Counted from the first letter of the whole stretch, positions 23,191 to 33,792 are shown. The stretch is DNA of 49,487 bases, filler included, from Stramenopiles sp. TOSAG23-3 (GCA_900128585.1; 4 parts of 4 records of this genome joined end to end with filler, not necessarily neighbours in it), one strand, 5' to 3'. Notes: a model not told the origin generated them from the letters alone. Made by a program: numbers and translations.

Positions 23191-25638
23191 ATGGACCCTG
23201 CAACTTCCGAGGCGCTTCGGGCCCTTGCTTCTACGGCAAGCCCTCAAGAAAGGATGAGGTTTGTCCAAAGCCAGCCGCGAAACATGCAACCGTTTTTCAA
23301 AGCAGTTTCAGAACTTCCACAGGCAGAACTGCTGAAGACAATGGAGGCGGGGCAGAAAGTTGCAAGCGCGGTGGGAGGCGGATCGTCTGCTGCCGGGGCG
23401 CTTGTCGGAATAGAAGAGGCGGTCGGGCAGATTCACTCGACGTACGTCTCCCTCCCAGCCAACGCCCAAAACTCCCTGATCAACCAAGCGCCAGACGGCG
23501 CCAAAAGCGTACTCGCGGTTGCAAGGGAGATGAAGCCGGAGCATGTCAAGTCAATTGCGAAAGACTTGCCCGTGGTGATGAAAGCCATGAAGAAAATGGA
23601 GAGTTCGTCGTCTTCGTCGACAAAGCACTTTCCGACAATAGACAAGGATGCCGTCGGGCGAATTCACAAACAGTACAAGCTGCTCACGCCAAAAGCGCGC
23701 AAAGTGTTCTACACTCAGCTTCCGAAAGAGGCGCAACCAGTGGCAAAGGCGATGACACACTTGAGCACAAAGCAGTGCGTTGACATTGTGGGCCAACTTC
23801 CTGACCTTGCAAACGCGCTGCAGACAGTCACTGGGGACGGGGCGTCCCAGAACGGCAGCGGTGCTGCTGACGAGGAGGGGGTGAAAACAAAACGATTGGA
23901 CGCTGCAAAGAAGCTCTTTCGTGTGTTCAAGAGTATCCCAGAACCAGCGCGAGAAAGCCTCTCGGAGCTTATCCCGCAGGAAGCCCGGGGTGCAGTCGAA
24001 ATGGCCGACGGACTTTCCGAAGACGACGTGGGGGTTCTGCTCGCCTCCATGGACGAGAAGTCGGGAAAGGCGCCGGCGAAGCAGGAAGGCAAAGACGGGG
24101 AGGAAGACGAGGGCAAGGAGCAGAGGAGGAAAGCCTTGCAGGGCGCAAAAATAATTGCGCGTGCGGAAACGAGGCGGTTGTGGAGGTGGGTCCGCTCTGG
24201 ACCGTTTGGCCTTCGAGTGTTGACTTTTCTTACTGGCCTGTCGCTGGTGTTCTCGGGGGTCTTGGGAATGCTTCTTCAAACGTTCAACGGGTTTCGAATA
24301 TTTGCGATCGGTGTGTGCTTCTACCTGATCTTGATCGGCATTCTCGTCTCCTCGCTGGAGGTTAAATCTGCCGTATGTTCGACGTACGTTAGGGCGCAAG
24401 TGTACAAGTACTTTCACTTTCTGAGCATGATGAAGGCAAGGGGCACGTTCTTGCTTTTTATTGGCGTCGCAAGCCTGTCCATTGTCCAGAGATCACTTAA
24501 TTGGACAGAGTACCTGAGCATCATTGCCAGCGTGTTCTGCTGCACAGTGGGCCTATTCACGATAATTTCTGGGGCCATGGCCGAGGGAAAATTGAAAAAT
24601 GCTAAAATGCAATTCAAGACGGAGGCCGATCTGAGGGAGGCGTTCAACTTAATGGATGAGTTTGGGGAAGGGAAGTTGTCCCCAGAGAAGATCAAACAGA
24701 TGCTCAACACGTACGACCCTCCAACCGTGCTCACGGACGCGGAACTCACAGCGGCCATCAACATGCTAGACAGTGACCACAACGGTTCCGTCGAAGTGGA
24801 CGAGCTTGTGAGCTGGTACCATGGAAAACCCACGCTCTCGAAGAAGGACGGACCAGACCAGGGCCAGGAGACGCAACACTTGGACAGTGGCGGGCCAGGC
24901 CAGTCCTTCATTGGACGCATGTACAAGGGTGTTATGCTTCTCTCAGCAGTGGTCGGTTTGGGCTTGTTGGTGATTGGGAGTGTCATTGGCATTATAAACC
25001 ATCTCTCGGGCAAAAAGTTCGAGTTGTTTTCCCTTGGGCGTATTCTTGTCGACATTTCCATTGGTGCCTGTGCCTTTTTTGGTTTGTTCGTTGAAATGCA
25101 CGTAAGAATAAGAAATTTGAGTTTTGTCCAGCTTGTGGATAAAGAAGCCAAGTTTCTCTCCCGAATGTGGGGGCACGGAATATTTTACATGTTCTTGAGC
25201 ACCCTTGCGCTGACCGACTTTGACGCCAACGAGACCATGAACGTCGTGGCCGGGTTTCTGACGCTCGGTGTGGGCCTGCTGCATTTCATCGTCGGGGCAA
25301 CCCTTGAGAGTGCGATTAGACGACGAGGCGAAATATCGTACGAAGATGCAGAAATAGCTTTTGGGGTCGCGGATGCAGACTCCAACGGCACCATTGATTC
25401 CCATGAATTCCCCAATCTAATCAAGCAGCTAAATATTCAAAATCTTAATCGATTTCAGCTGGAAGCGGCATTTATGAGCATGGACTTGGACGGGGACGGA
25501 GGAATCACAAAAGCCGAGTTTCTGGAATGGAGTCAAGGAAAAGAACATTTGGACTCTTACAACAATAAAACCAACGAATGTGTCCTGTGCAGTTACGACC
25601 AGCCAGAGAGAGAGCCACTTTTGGATTCTCAGGTGTAA
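23191..25638 (+). CDS. Membrane protein with an N-terminal helical region and two [COPI-associated/Tvp15-like TM domain + EF-hand pair] modules
   Basis: FYLILIGILVSSLE...YFHFLSMMKARGTFLLFIG and FVE...AKFLSRMWGHGIFYMFLS match the COPI_assoc pattern. EF loops are DEFGEGKLSPEK (degenerate), DSDHNGSVEVDE, DADSNGTIDSHE and DLDGDGGITKAE. The C-terminus has an EREPLL dileucine motif. Confidence 0.75.
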   Translation: MDPATSEALRALASTASPQERMRFVQSQPRNMQPFFKAVSELPQAELLKTMEAGQKVASAVGGGSSAAGALVGIEEAVGQIHSTYVSLPANAQNSLINQAPDGAKSVLAVAREMKPEHVKSIAKDLPVVMKAMKKMESSSSSSTKHFPTIDKDAVGRIHKQYKLLTPKARKVFYTQLPKEAQPVAKAMTHLSTKQCVDIVGQLPDLANALQTVTGDGASQNGSGAADEEGVKTKRLDAAKKLFRVFKSIPEPARESLSELIPQEARGAVEMADGLSEDDVGVLLASMDEKSGKAPAKQEGKDGEEDEGKEQRRKALQGAKIIARAETRRLWRWVRSGPFGLRVLTFLTGLSLVFSGVLGMLLQTFNGFRIFAIGVCFYLILIGILVSSLEVKSAVCSTYVRAQVYKYFHFLSMMKARGTFLLFIGVASLSIVQRSLNWTEYLSIIASVFCCTVGLFTIISGAMAEGKLKNAKMQFKTEADLREAFNLMDEFGEGKLSPEKIKQMLNTYDPPTVLTDAELTAAINMLDSDHNGSVEVDELVSWYHGKPTLSKKDGPDQGQETQHLDSGGPGQSFIGRMYKGVMLLSAVVGLGLLVIGSVIGIINHLSGKKFELFSLGRILVDISIGACAFFGLFVEMHVRIRNLSFVQLVDKEAKFLSRMWGHGIFYMFLSTLALTDFDANETMNVVAGFLTLGVGLLHFIVGATLESAIRRRGEISYEDAEIAFGVADADSNGTIDSHEFPNLIKQLNIQNLNRFQLEAAFMSMDLDGDGGITKAEFLEWSQGKEHLDSYNNKTNECVLCSYDQPEREPLLDSQV

Positions 25639-26286
25639 GCTGCCATCGATACAGCCTCTAATATGTCGAGGTATGGTGTAATATTTGCAAAACAACAAAT
25701 AAGCAATTAGTTGTAAATCCTAGAATTTGATTTTATGTTTATGACTTTGGATTAATTACTGCTGTACAGTTCAATCTCCAAATATAATTTCGTAAGGATA
25801 TTTGTCTCTTATTACTTTACAGCATAAATAATATTAATAACTCCTCGTATATTTTGTTTTTCTGACTTCGATGCATGCCCTTTTTCTGACTTTTGACTTC
25901 TCAATTCTCGTGTGTGGCAATGAATAACAAAGACGCGCAAGAGCTGTGCTTTTTCCTATAATATACGAGAGGCGTACCCCTGTTATGAAATATTGACTTT
26001 ATATTTTATCCCGTATACTTAAATTAATTTCAACTACGATACTACTCCTGTAATAATGGACGTTTCTTGTTTTTCCATTTTCTTCTTCTTTCTTCTTCTT
26101 CGTCCTTCCTCTCCATCATCATCATCTTTCTTCTTCTTCCTTTTTTCTTCTTGTTGAAGTTGAATATTACAATTACCCAACAAAGTCATTTGTGGAACAG
26201 TGGTGTAAGTAAGAAATTCATAGATGTCCCCAGAAACACTTTAGCGAAGATTGTACAAGAGTAGGATTCAAGAAAGGCGGACAAGC

Positions 26287-27891
26287 ATGCATACGTCCGC
26301 GCGGTTGTTGTTGGTCTTGTGTTTGGTGCGGACGGCAGCCGAAGGGAGCGGCAGTGACGGCTGCCATGGGCCTTCGTGGTGTAAAGACAAGTGTAGAAAG
26401 CTACCGTTTAACGAACCGCACGCTTCTGTCACACCGTCATTATTCAGCCATGCAGACCAGTACCGAATTGAGTTAGACGATGATATAATTCAAGCCGAGA
26501 GTGCCTTCTTTCAACTGTTCTTCTCCGTACGAGGTTCAGAAACGTCCTGCGCACTGCACGTTGGCTTGATCCCTCCCCCCGCCGGTCAGAAAGTAACGGG
26601 CGGCGTTGGGACGGTTCTCTACCTCGGGGGTAGCAATACATCGTCTGCATCAATAAGTAATATTTTCCCTCCGTCCAAAGAGTTTATTGGCGCAGGAAAC
26701 TGGACCCTGCTTGTATCCACAATCCCAAAAAATCCGTGCCCGTACCAGGTACAAGCAAAGCACCTTGCGAAGCCAATCAAGGAGTTTCCGGCAGACGTAA
26801 ATTTTGATTCGACGAAAGGTGACTGGATTTTGTCGGAGGCGAGCGCAGAGCTTGCTGCTCCGATCCAGTTCAAAGTATCACCCGGTAATTGCAACTTCTC
26901 TAACATTAAGTACTCGTTGGCAGGATTTACCGGAGGACAAACAGTTCATGGCACAGTAGCACCTGGTATTCTCGCGACAACTCTGGGAGCTCCCCAAGCA
27001 ACGTACCTGTTGGGGTTCCACTACACTGGAAATCACACCAAGACCGCATCATTCAGGGAACCATGCAGCTTCAAATTGACGATCGAGAAGACCCCGGTCA
27101 TTTCTTTGGAGGCAAACGAGGAACTCGTCAAATTCACGCTTTCGGAATCTTCAGGCAAGTCTGGACTGAACTTTCGAATTCCGTTTTCCCCCAAGTCCCC
27201 CTTCATCAAGGCAACAGTCGTCGGGGAGGACAAGGGCGGCGCAGTTGTTTACTCGTTTTTTGGGGACAGTTTTTTTGCAAAGTCCCAGCAGCCTGTCATG
27301 CTGTCTGCAGAAAGTCCAGGGATGTTTTTCCCACAGGGGTCGCCGAGCTTGTTTGTCCCAGACGACAAGAAAGATGCCCAGCGGGAGGATTATTTGCTGC
27401 AAATTGGACTCTCTGGAGCATCGGAAGAAGTAACGTTGGGAATTACACTGTACCCTTCTCTTCCTCAAACGATTTCATTTGGTAAAAGTGCAAGTGGTCA
27501 TTTACGCGCTGGCCCAAAGATGGATGAGCGGACGGGCCTATCCCTTCCCCCCAGGTCCATGTCGGCATGGTTCGTAGGCCGAATGTACGTTCCTAGCACG
27601 AATGCATCAGGCCCAATAATAAAAATTACCACCTTGCCACCGGAAAATGATCTTGGGTGTTCCGAAGTGTATATTGGTATACGAAACGCTGCCATCCCGA
27701 ACGGACCGTTCGGAAGTAATCCATGGGATCTCACAAACACAACACTTACTGAAAATATTGTTGTGAGCATTGATTTGAGGAAGAATTTTTTCCCTCCCCC
27801 GTTCCCATTTGTTGGACCCATCTATATGTTTGTAGGAAATGGGTACGGAAACTGTCGTTTCAAAGTTTCATATTACTTTGAAAATGTGTAG
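26287..27891 (+). CDS. Putative secreted beta-rich protein of unknown function (ATG at 26287)
   Basis: 534-codon open frame. Signal-peptide-like start MHTSARLLLVLCLVRTAAEGS, a short Cys-rich segment, several N-glycosylation sequons and no further TM segment. Confidence 0.75.
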   Translation: MHTSARLLLVLCLVRTAAEGSGSDGCHGPSWCKDKCRKLPFNEPHASVTPSLFSHADQYRIELDDDIIQAESAFFQLFFSVRGSETSCALHVGLIPPPAGQKVTGGVGTVLYLGGSNTSSASISNIFPPSKEFIGAGNWTLLVSTIPKNPCPYQVQAKHLAKPIKEFPADVNFDSTKGDWILSEASAELAAPIQFKVSPGNCNFSNIKYSLAGFTGGQTVHGTVAPGILATTLGAPQATYLLGFHYTGNHTKTASFREPCSFKLTIEKTPVISLEANEELVKFTLSESSGKSGLNFRIPFSPKSPFIKATVVGEDKGGAVVYSFFGDSFFAKSQQPVMLSAESPGMFFPQGSPSLFVPDDKKDAQREDYLLQIGLSGASEEVTLGITLYPSLPQTISFGKSASGHLRAGPKMDERTGLSLPPRSMSAWFVGRMYVPSTNASGPIIKITTLPPENDLGCSEVYIGIRNAAIPNGPFGSNPWDLTNTTLTENIVVSIDLRKNFFPPPFPFVGPIYMFVGNGYGNCRFKVSYYFENV

Positions 27892-27989
27892 GTTGAAGTA
27901 ATAATTCAACAGCTTTCCTAAATTAATTAAGTCGGTCTAATAAATACGGTGGATTGTATGTACCTGTTATTAGGAGTTATATGAATTGA

Positions 27990-28420
27990 TTTTTTTCTTC
28001 TTCTTTTTTTCTTCTTCTTCTTCTTCTTTTCTTCTTCTTCTTCTTCTTCTTCTTCTTCTTCTTCTTCTTCTTCTTCTTCTTTGTCTTCGTCTTCGTCTTT
28101 CTTCTTCTTCNNNNNNNNNCTTCTTCTTCTTCTTCTTCTTCTTCTTCTTCTTTGTCTTCGTCTTCGTCTTTCTTCTTCTTCTTCTTCTTCTTCTTCTTTC
28201 TTCTTCTTCTTCTTTCTTCTTCTTCTTCTTCTTCATTCTTTTTTCTTCTTCTTCTTCTTTTTACCGTAAATATTATTTATTATATCTTCTTCTTCTCTTC
28301 TTTCCGCTTCTATCTCCTTCTAATAAAATAGTTGATTGTTGAATTTTGACTTTCTCTCTTCCGCTTCTTCTTCCTTCTTCTTCTTCCTTCGTTCTTCTTC
28401 TTTCTTCTTCTTTCTTCTTG
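27990..28420. repeat. (TTC)n microsatellite with TCG variants and a 9-N gap
   Basis: Directly visible. Confidence 0.95.
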
Positions 28421-28649
28421 TGGGTAAAACGTTTCACGTGTCTGATAAAAGATAGAATAAATACTCAATTGTAAAATCCGATGTAAGAAAAGTTAACATG
28501 TGCGATAAGAAAACCCAAAACATATATTTTTGTTCTACAGTAAAGTCAAAAGTTTTGCAAATCTGCAACAGAGTAGCAACACGAAAGCCTCCCCGATTCC
28601 TTTTCTTGTTTCCCCCGTTCCCGAGTAAATCTACGAAGGCGATTCGCTG

Positions 28650-29456
28650 ATGGAAGAGTACAAGCTTTTAGAAGACTCTTACCATGAGTTGATAGTAGAA
28701 CATGGGAAAAAACGTAATCGTATTCAAGATCTTTTACTTGAAATAGACATGTACAAAGAGAAGAGTAACGCTGTTGATAAAGATGTACAGGAAGCGGGGA
28801 AGAGTTTAACTGCTTCCAAGCACGCGCTCTACGAACGCGAGCAGCTTCGGGCGATGCTACTTGAGCGGAAGAATCATGCGCAGCGCGAAGCAAAAGACTC
28901 TTTTGTCAAGATGAATTCGCTGCTTCATAGACTGACCAAGGAACACAACAGCGCGTACAAGACCATCATGGACTACGCAAACAAGGGCATGTCTCAACTG
29001 AATGCTCACATCAGGAGATTGGCAGACGAAAAATGCGACCAAGAACAGCAAAACGAGGAACGATTGATCGAGTCGTCCGAGCTAGAGACCACAATTCGGT
29101 CCAAACAAGCAAAATTGTTACAACTGAAAGAGTCCCTGCGCCTGAAGGTAGACGAGCGCGAAAGGCTGCAAGACGAATGCTTTGATTTGGAAGTTATCCT
29201 TCATGATATTAATCGAGAAATTAGCGCTACAAAAGTACAGCTTGGCTCATCACAAAACCGAAGCGGCAGTCTTTACGACCAGGAGACGGAGCGTCTGCTG
29301 GAGCAGAAGAAGCTTTTGGAAAACAAGAAAAAACAGCTGACAAAAGATTTACGAAAGGCAAGGGGAAGGGGGGAGAACGATGTCGTCAAGCAGACAGACG
29401 AGGAGGACAACATTTGGATGGACATTAGGGACGACGAGGACTTGTTTAAGTTCTGA
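28650..29456 (+). CDS. Coiled-coil protein of unknown function (268 aa)
   Basis: E/K/L/Q-rich heptad-like ORF with clean ATG and stop between AT-rich flanks. Confidence 0.8.
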   Translation: MEEYKLLEDSYHELIVEHGKKRNRIQDLLLEIDMYKEKSNAVDKDVQEAGKSLTASKHALYEREQLRAMLLERKNHAQREAKDSFVKMNSLLHRLTKEHNSAYKTIMDYANKGMSQLNAHIRRLADEKCDQEQQNEERLIESSELETTIRSKQAKLLQLKESLRLKVDERERLQDECFDLEVILHDINREISATKVQLGSSQNRSGSLYDQETERLLEQKKLLENKKKQLTKDLRKARGRGENDVVKQTDEEDNIWMDIRDDEDLFKF

Positions 29457-29631
29457 GCAACGTGGCGCCGAGGCAGATCTGCCAGAACGACCGCGCACAC
29501 ATGTTTGCAACCATACTGTACTTTGTACTTCAGTAATTTATTTCTCCGTCAAAATTTAAATGTTCAAGAGTACGCCGCTTCTCTTCTCTCTCTCTCTTTG
29601 TACAACCTCGCGTAACATTTCGCGATCCCGT

Positions 29632-32600
29632 TCAATCGTCCCACTCCTCGTCGCTCGAATCCTCTTCCTCTTCGCTTCCCCAGTTCGAGGCAACCTTCGT
29701 TCTGAGCACACTCAGACTACTGTTCATCGACATTAGCCTGTTTCGGCCTTTCTGCAACGCACCGTCTTGCGCGATCGACTTCCTTCTTCGTTTGAACACC
29801 GAGGTATCTCCGCTGCTCATGGAAGAGAGCAAGCTGTCGACCGTCTTCTCCTTCATGATCGAAGTGGAGGCCTTCGCGCTTGGCGAGGCTTTCCGCGCAG
29901 ATTTCCCGCCACGCTTGGGTTTCGAAGCTTCCAACTGTTTTCGTCTAGATTCCAAGAGTTCTTTTTTCTTCTTCATTTGCGACTTTCTTTCCACGTCTTG
30001 AGCAGCTTGCTTGAAGGCGTCGATGAAACTCTTTAACGTTCGGACCGTTTCTTCAAAGTTGAACGACTTCCTATCGATACAAAAAAAGTCTGCGAATTTG
30101 TCCAGCAGCGACGAAGTTTCCTTGTACGCTTTCTGCACCAGCTCAAAGTCTACTTTTGCACCAGCGGCAAAAGAGCTCGCAGACTCCACAAACACCGTTT
30201 CCTTCGAGGATTGCTCGCACATTTCCAGTTCTTTGTTGACAATCTGCAAACCGTTTTCTAGCTTCTTTATGCTAGACACGACGGTTGACATGGAGATATT
30301 AACAACATCCTGCAAATCAATGTTCTTCACTTCTAAGATTGTTTTGTCTTTTTGGCTTGCATGATACACCAAGAAGTGCAGGAGAGACTGGCACTCTTTT
30401 GGCGTATTTGTGCGAAGTTGCGACATGGCTTGAAGTGTACGCAGCTTGAACCCCTCGGCAGCTCCTCGAAACGTGCCGTGGTTGATAAAATTCCCTATCA
30501 AAAGAACTGCGCCCAGCGCGCGCTTCAAAGCGATCGACCCCATCACACTGTCCACAGCCGATCGCACCTGCTGCAATGTGTTTGCCAGATACTCTACCTG
30601 GTTTTCAAAATCATACCGTAGGTCCATCACTACAATCTTGTTGTTGAACCGCGGAACGTCTAAAATGGCCGCGATAAAGCGCTCTGCGGTTTTCAGTGAC
30701 TCCAATTGGTTCTTCGGATCGTTCAAGTAGTTTCGCACCAAAGCAATTTCGTCCGGCTCTGGGGCGATCAGCTTGAGCAGTTCGATTGAGTTTTGGTTCA
30801 GCACTTTGGTTTTGAACTGCGTTATGGCGTCCTTGATCTCCTCGGCAGGGATAGACAACCGGGCCAGAGTAATGCTTATGTTTTGCTGCCTTTTCGGATC
30901 GATCAACCCGATTTTTTCCTTCCCTTTTTTATCCGTCTTTTTGCCCGCCCTCGTACTTTGATCCTTCTTCTTCTCCTGCTTGGATTTGTCCGCTGGCCGA
31001 CCGAACAGTGCCTCTACGTCCTCGAAGTCAATATTTATGGAGTCCATTTCAATGCTGCGCCAAATGGTTTTCTCTCCTCTCGCCTCGGACGGTTTGATTT
31101 TATGCCAATTGAAATTTTTCATTTTCATGGTCGGCGCCTTGTCAGGGTACGAATTAATTGGCTGTGGACCTGCCGTTACGAAGCCGTTTGGACCCCCACG
31201 GGGCCCACCCATCCCAGGCATAGGGGGCGGCCCCCGCATCCCTGGCATAGGGGGCGGGCCTCTCATTCCGCCCCTTGCCCCAGGCAAGGGCGGCGGGCCT
31301 CTCATTCCTCGTGCCCCTCTCGCGCCGGGCAAGGGCGGCGGGCCTCTGAGCGGGCCACCCCTCGCTCCTCTTGCCCCTCTCGCGCCGGGCAAGGGCGGCG
31401 GGCCTCTCAGAGGCTTCCCCCTCGCCCCTCTGGCCCCTGCCATCGGGGGCGGGCCTCTCAACGGCGCGCCCCTAGCCCCCGGCATCGGCGGCGGGCCTCT
31501 CAACGGTGTGCCCCTTGCCCCCGGCATCGGGGGTGGGCCTCTCAACGGCGCGCCTATTGCCCCCAGCATCGGCGGCGGACCGCGGAGGGCGGCGCCACCA
31601 CTCGCCCCAGGCAACGGGGGCGGACCCTGTAGAGCCGTCCCCCTCCCAGGGAGCGAAGGTGCACCCGGCCCGCGCTGGGGCGGGATTGATTTCAAGAGGC
31701 TCTCGGCCTCCTTTTTTAATTTTTCGTTCTCCCGTTCAAGGCGGGCCAGCCTAATCACGGCATCCGTCTCCACGATCCCGCCCCCAGCGTTCTCGCTGGA
31801 AGCAGGCTCACTCATGGATCCAAGGAGAAGTCCCTTCAGCTTGTTCAGTTTCTTTCGCAGCTCATCGTTTTCGTCCATCAGATCGTCATTCATAGCAATT
31901 AGCTCGTCCGTCTGTTTTGCCATTGCCCCGTTCTTATCTTCCAGCTGAATCAGGGACGCAAGGCTTTTCTTCGCCTTGAGGGCCTTTGATCGAAATGCAG
32001 CTTCGTCCGCCGCCGTGGGAGCCGTGCTGTCAAAATGGTCCCCCTCGGCCATTTGCTTCGCACCGTCCTCGGAATCGTCCAGGGCTTGATGGCAGCGCGC
32101 TATGGCGTCTTCCGCGCTTTCCAAGTCCCCACCTTCGAAGATTAGCAGCAGGCTGTCGAAAAGGTCGCAACATTCTTCGTACGCAAACACAGAAGACATC
32201 AGAAACCTGTCGAGCCGGTGGAAGAGGCATTCTAGGTCGTCCTTGCTGAACTCCTGCTCGTCCTCTTCGTCGTCTTCTAATTTACTCTCTTTGTACAGGT
32301 AACACAACGTCAACAGTTTCGATCGGGACTCTTCGTCCTTCGCCCCCCCCTCGCCTTCTGCGTTGCTGCAGTCGTCCGTGTTCAGGTCTATCTGTGCGTC
32401 CAGCCCGCAGCACGAAAACTCAGACCGCACCATCATCCGCTCCTCCCGCTGAAACCCAGTGTTGGCCATAGCGTTGATCAAGCCCATCGAGCTTACCCTG
32501 ACTTCAAGCGGCAGCTCGGTGTCCAAAAATGATATCAACGCCTGGAACCTGATGGACATGACAGTGATGGACGCGTTGTCTTCCTCCGTTAAGACGTGGT

Positions 32601-33792
32601 CCGCCATCCACTCCGCGAGGATGTCGAACCCTTCCATGACCAAATCGAGGCCGTTTTCCGACGGGTACAAGCAGCACGCCGTCATCAGGTTAATAATCGT
32701 GCAGTACAGTTCGTGGTTTTCGGAGGTCGTGAATGCCGTCTTCAGCAGTACGTTAACGGACCGCTGCGCGTCAGCTTCGACAAGAAACCGCTTCATGCCG
32801 TCTTCCCGATTCATGATGTCTTTGAAGCAGCGTATAATCAGCACTTCGCTCACGACCAACTTCATGATGTCCGACAGGGACCCCCCGGGCTCCCTCGTGC
32901 GGTCGTTGATTTCCTCGAGCAAATTCGCAAGTTTCATGATACCGTCCGTTGCCAAAAACTCCCTCATGAACGTCATGTTCCCCCGCCCTAACTCGGAGGA
33001 TATTGCACTCAAAAACTCGTTCGACTCGATCTTGGCTTCTTGGAAGCAAGCGTCGTACCTCAGGGTTCGGACTAAATTGATGATGGCCCCTTTGAACCGG
33101 GCCCGCGCGCCCGGGCTTACGTTTGCCTTCTGCCGGGCTTTGAAGGCGGCCCTCTCCCCCTTCGGTTGCACCAGCGACCGCATGGTGTCTTGCTCGCTGT
33201 GCCACACGCCTGCCATGCTGTCACGGTCCTGGGGCCCCGCATTGACGCTCGGCGCCCCCGAGGAGGCTTCCGCAATGAGCTCTTCCATTTGGACTTTCAT
33301 GGAGGCCCGCCTCGTCTTGGCCGATTTTCGGACCTTCTCTTTTGCTTTCACAGCGGCGAGCGAGTTCGTCAGGGCAGTGGTCCATACGTCTCGCTTCTTC
33401 TCCGAGAGCGCGCCGAAATACTTTCGTTTCTTACCGTTGACGATAGAGAAGACGTAGATGGGCAGGCCGTTGACTTTTCGATTTTTGTCGTTGTCGAAGC
33501 TGATGACGAAGTTTGACTTGAGGCGCAACCCACCCCGCGCCTTCTCGGAAGTGTGCGAGTTGAAGCGGCTCAGGGTATCCCCTTCGAGCGAGAACCATCT
33601 CTTTTTCCAACCAAGGAGAGAACCCTTTCTATACAGGTAATCTTTAAGCTCAACCGTGGAATTCCTCGCCCCAGACAGCCGTCGTTCCAGAGCAAGCTGC
33701 TCCGACAGTTCCTTCGCCAGCGCAGCCTGCTGACTCACCTTTCGTTTCAGCTCCTCCGCAATGTTCTCATCGCCAAAATAATCCTCCGACAT
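29632..33792 (-). CDS. Diaphanous-related formin with N-terminal PH domain (PH-GBD/FH3-CC-FH1-FH2-DAD); likely start MSEDYF at 33792
   Basis: PH (YLYRKGSLLGWKKRWFSL...W). GBD/FH3 (IRCFKDIMN, LINAMAN). FH2 (MKNFNWHKI, LIDPKRQQNISITL, VLLIGNFINHG, AEGFKLRTL, SLLHFLV). DAD (VDSLLSSM...FKRRRK). Confidence 0.92.
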   Translation of the reverse strand: MSEDYFGDENIAEELKRKVSQQAALAKELSEQLALERRLSGARNSTVELKDYLYRKGSLLGWKKRWFSLEGDTLSRFNSHTSEKARGGLRLKSNFVISFDNDKNRKVNGLPIYVFSIVNGKKRKYFGALSEKKRDVWTTALTNSLAAVKAKEKVRKSAKTRRASMKVQMEELIAEASSGAPSVNAGPQDRDSMAGVWHSEQDTMRSLVQPKGERAAFKARQKANVSPGARARFKGAIINLVRTLRYDACFQEAKIESNEFLSAISSELGRGNMTFMREFLATDGIMKLANLLEEINDRTREPGGSLSDIMKLVVSEVLIIRCFKDIMNREDGMKRFLVEADAQRSVNVLLKTAFTTSENHELYCTIINLMTACCLYPSENGLDLVMEGFDILAEWMADHVLTEEDNASITVMSIRFQALISFLDTELPLEVRVSSMGLINAMANTGFQREERMMVRSEFSCCGLDAQIDLNTDDCSNAEGEGGAKDEESRSKLLTLCYLYKESKLEDDEEDEQEFSKDDLECLFHRLDRFLMSSVFAYEECCDLFDSLLLIFEGGDLESAEDAIARCHQALDDSEDGAKQMAEGDHFDSTAPTAADEAAFRSKALKAKKSLASLIQLEDKNGAMAKQTDELIAMNDDLMDENDELRKKLNKLKGLLLGSMSEPASSENAGGGIVETDAVIRLARLERENEKLKKEAESLLKSIPPQRGPGAPSLPGRGTALQGPPPLPGASGGAALRGPPPMLGAIGAPLRGPPPMPGARGTPLRGPPPMPGARGAPLRGPPPMAGARGARGKPLRGPPPLPGARGARGARGGPLRGPPPLPGARGARGMRGPPPLPGARGGMRGPPPMPGMRGPPPMPGMGGPRGGPNGFVTAGPQPINSYPDKAPTMKMKNFNWHKIKPSEARGEKTIWRSIEMDSINIDFEDVEALFGRPADKSKQEKKKDQSTRAGKKTDKKGKEKIGLIDPKRQQNISITLARLSIPAEEIKDAITQFKTKVLNQNSIELLKLIAPEPDEIALVRNYLNDPKNQLESLKTAERFIAAILDVPRFNNKIVVMDLRYDFENQVEYLANTLQQVRSAVDSVMGSIALKRALGAVLLIGNFINHGTFRGAAEGFKLRTLQAMSQLRTNTPKECQSLLHFLVYHASQKDKTILEVKNIDLQDVVNISMSTVVSSIKKLENGLQIVNKELEMCEQSSKETVFVESASSFAAGAKVDFELVQKAYKETSSLLDKFADFFCIDRKSFNFEETVRTLKSFIDAFKQAAQDVERKSQMKKKKELLESRRKQLEASKPKRGGKSARKASPSAKASTSIMKEKTVDSLLSSMSSGDTSVFKRRRKSIAQDGALQKGRNRLMSMNSSLSVLRTKVASNWGSEEEEDSSDEEWDD
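31190..31685 (-). repeat. Coding tandem repeat (~42-bp core unit) forming the formin FH1
   Basis: About 10 units of GARG.PLRGPPP(M/L)P. Confidence 0.9.

Noticed and set aside
27970..28342. Poly-K/R/E and poly-L/F/S ORFs (also 22653-22847 and 34162-34416)
   Set aside because: These are translations of microsatellites.
30793..33457. Long plus-strand ORFs (279-332 aa), including a Gly/Pro repeat ORF
   Set aside because: Antisense shadows of the GC-rich formin CDS. The same applies to the many short ORFs overlapping other piece-2 genes.
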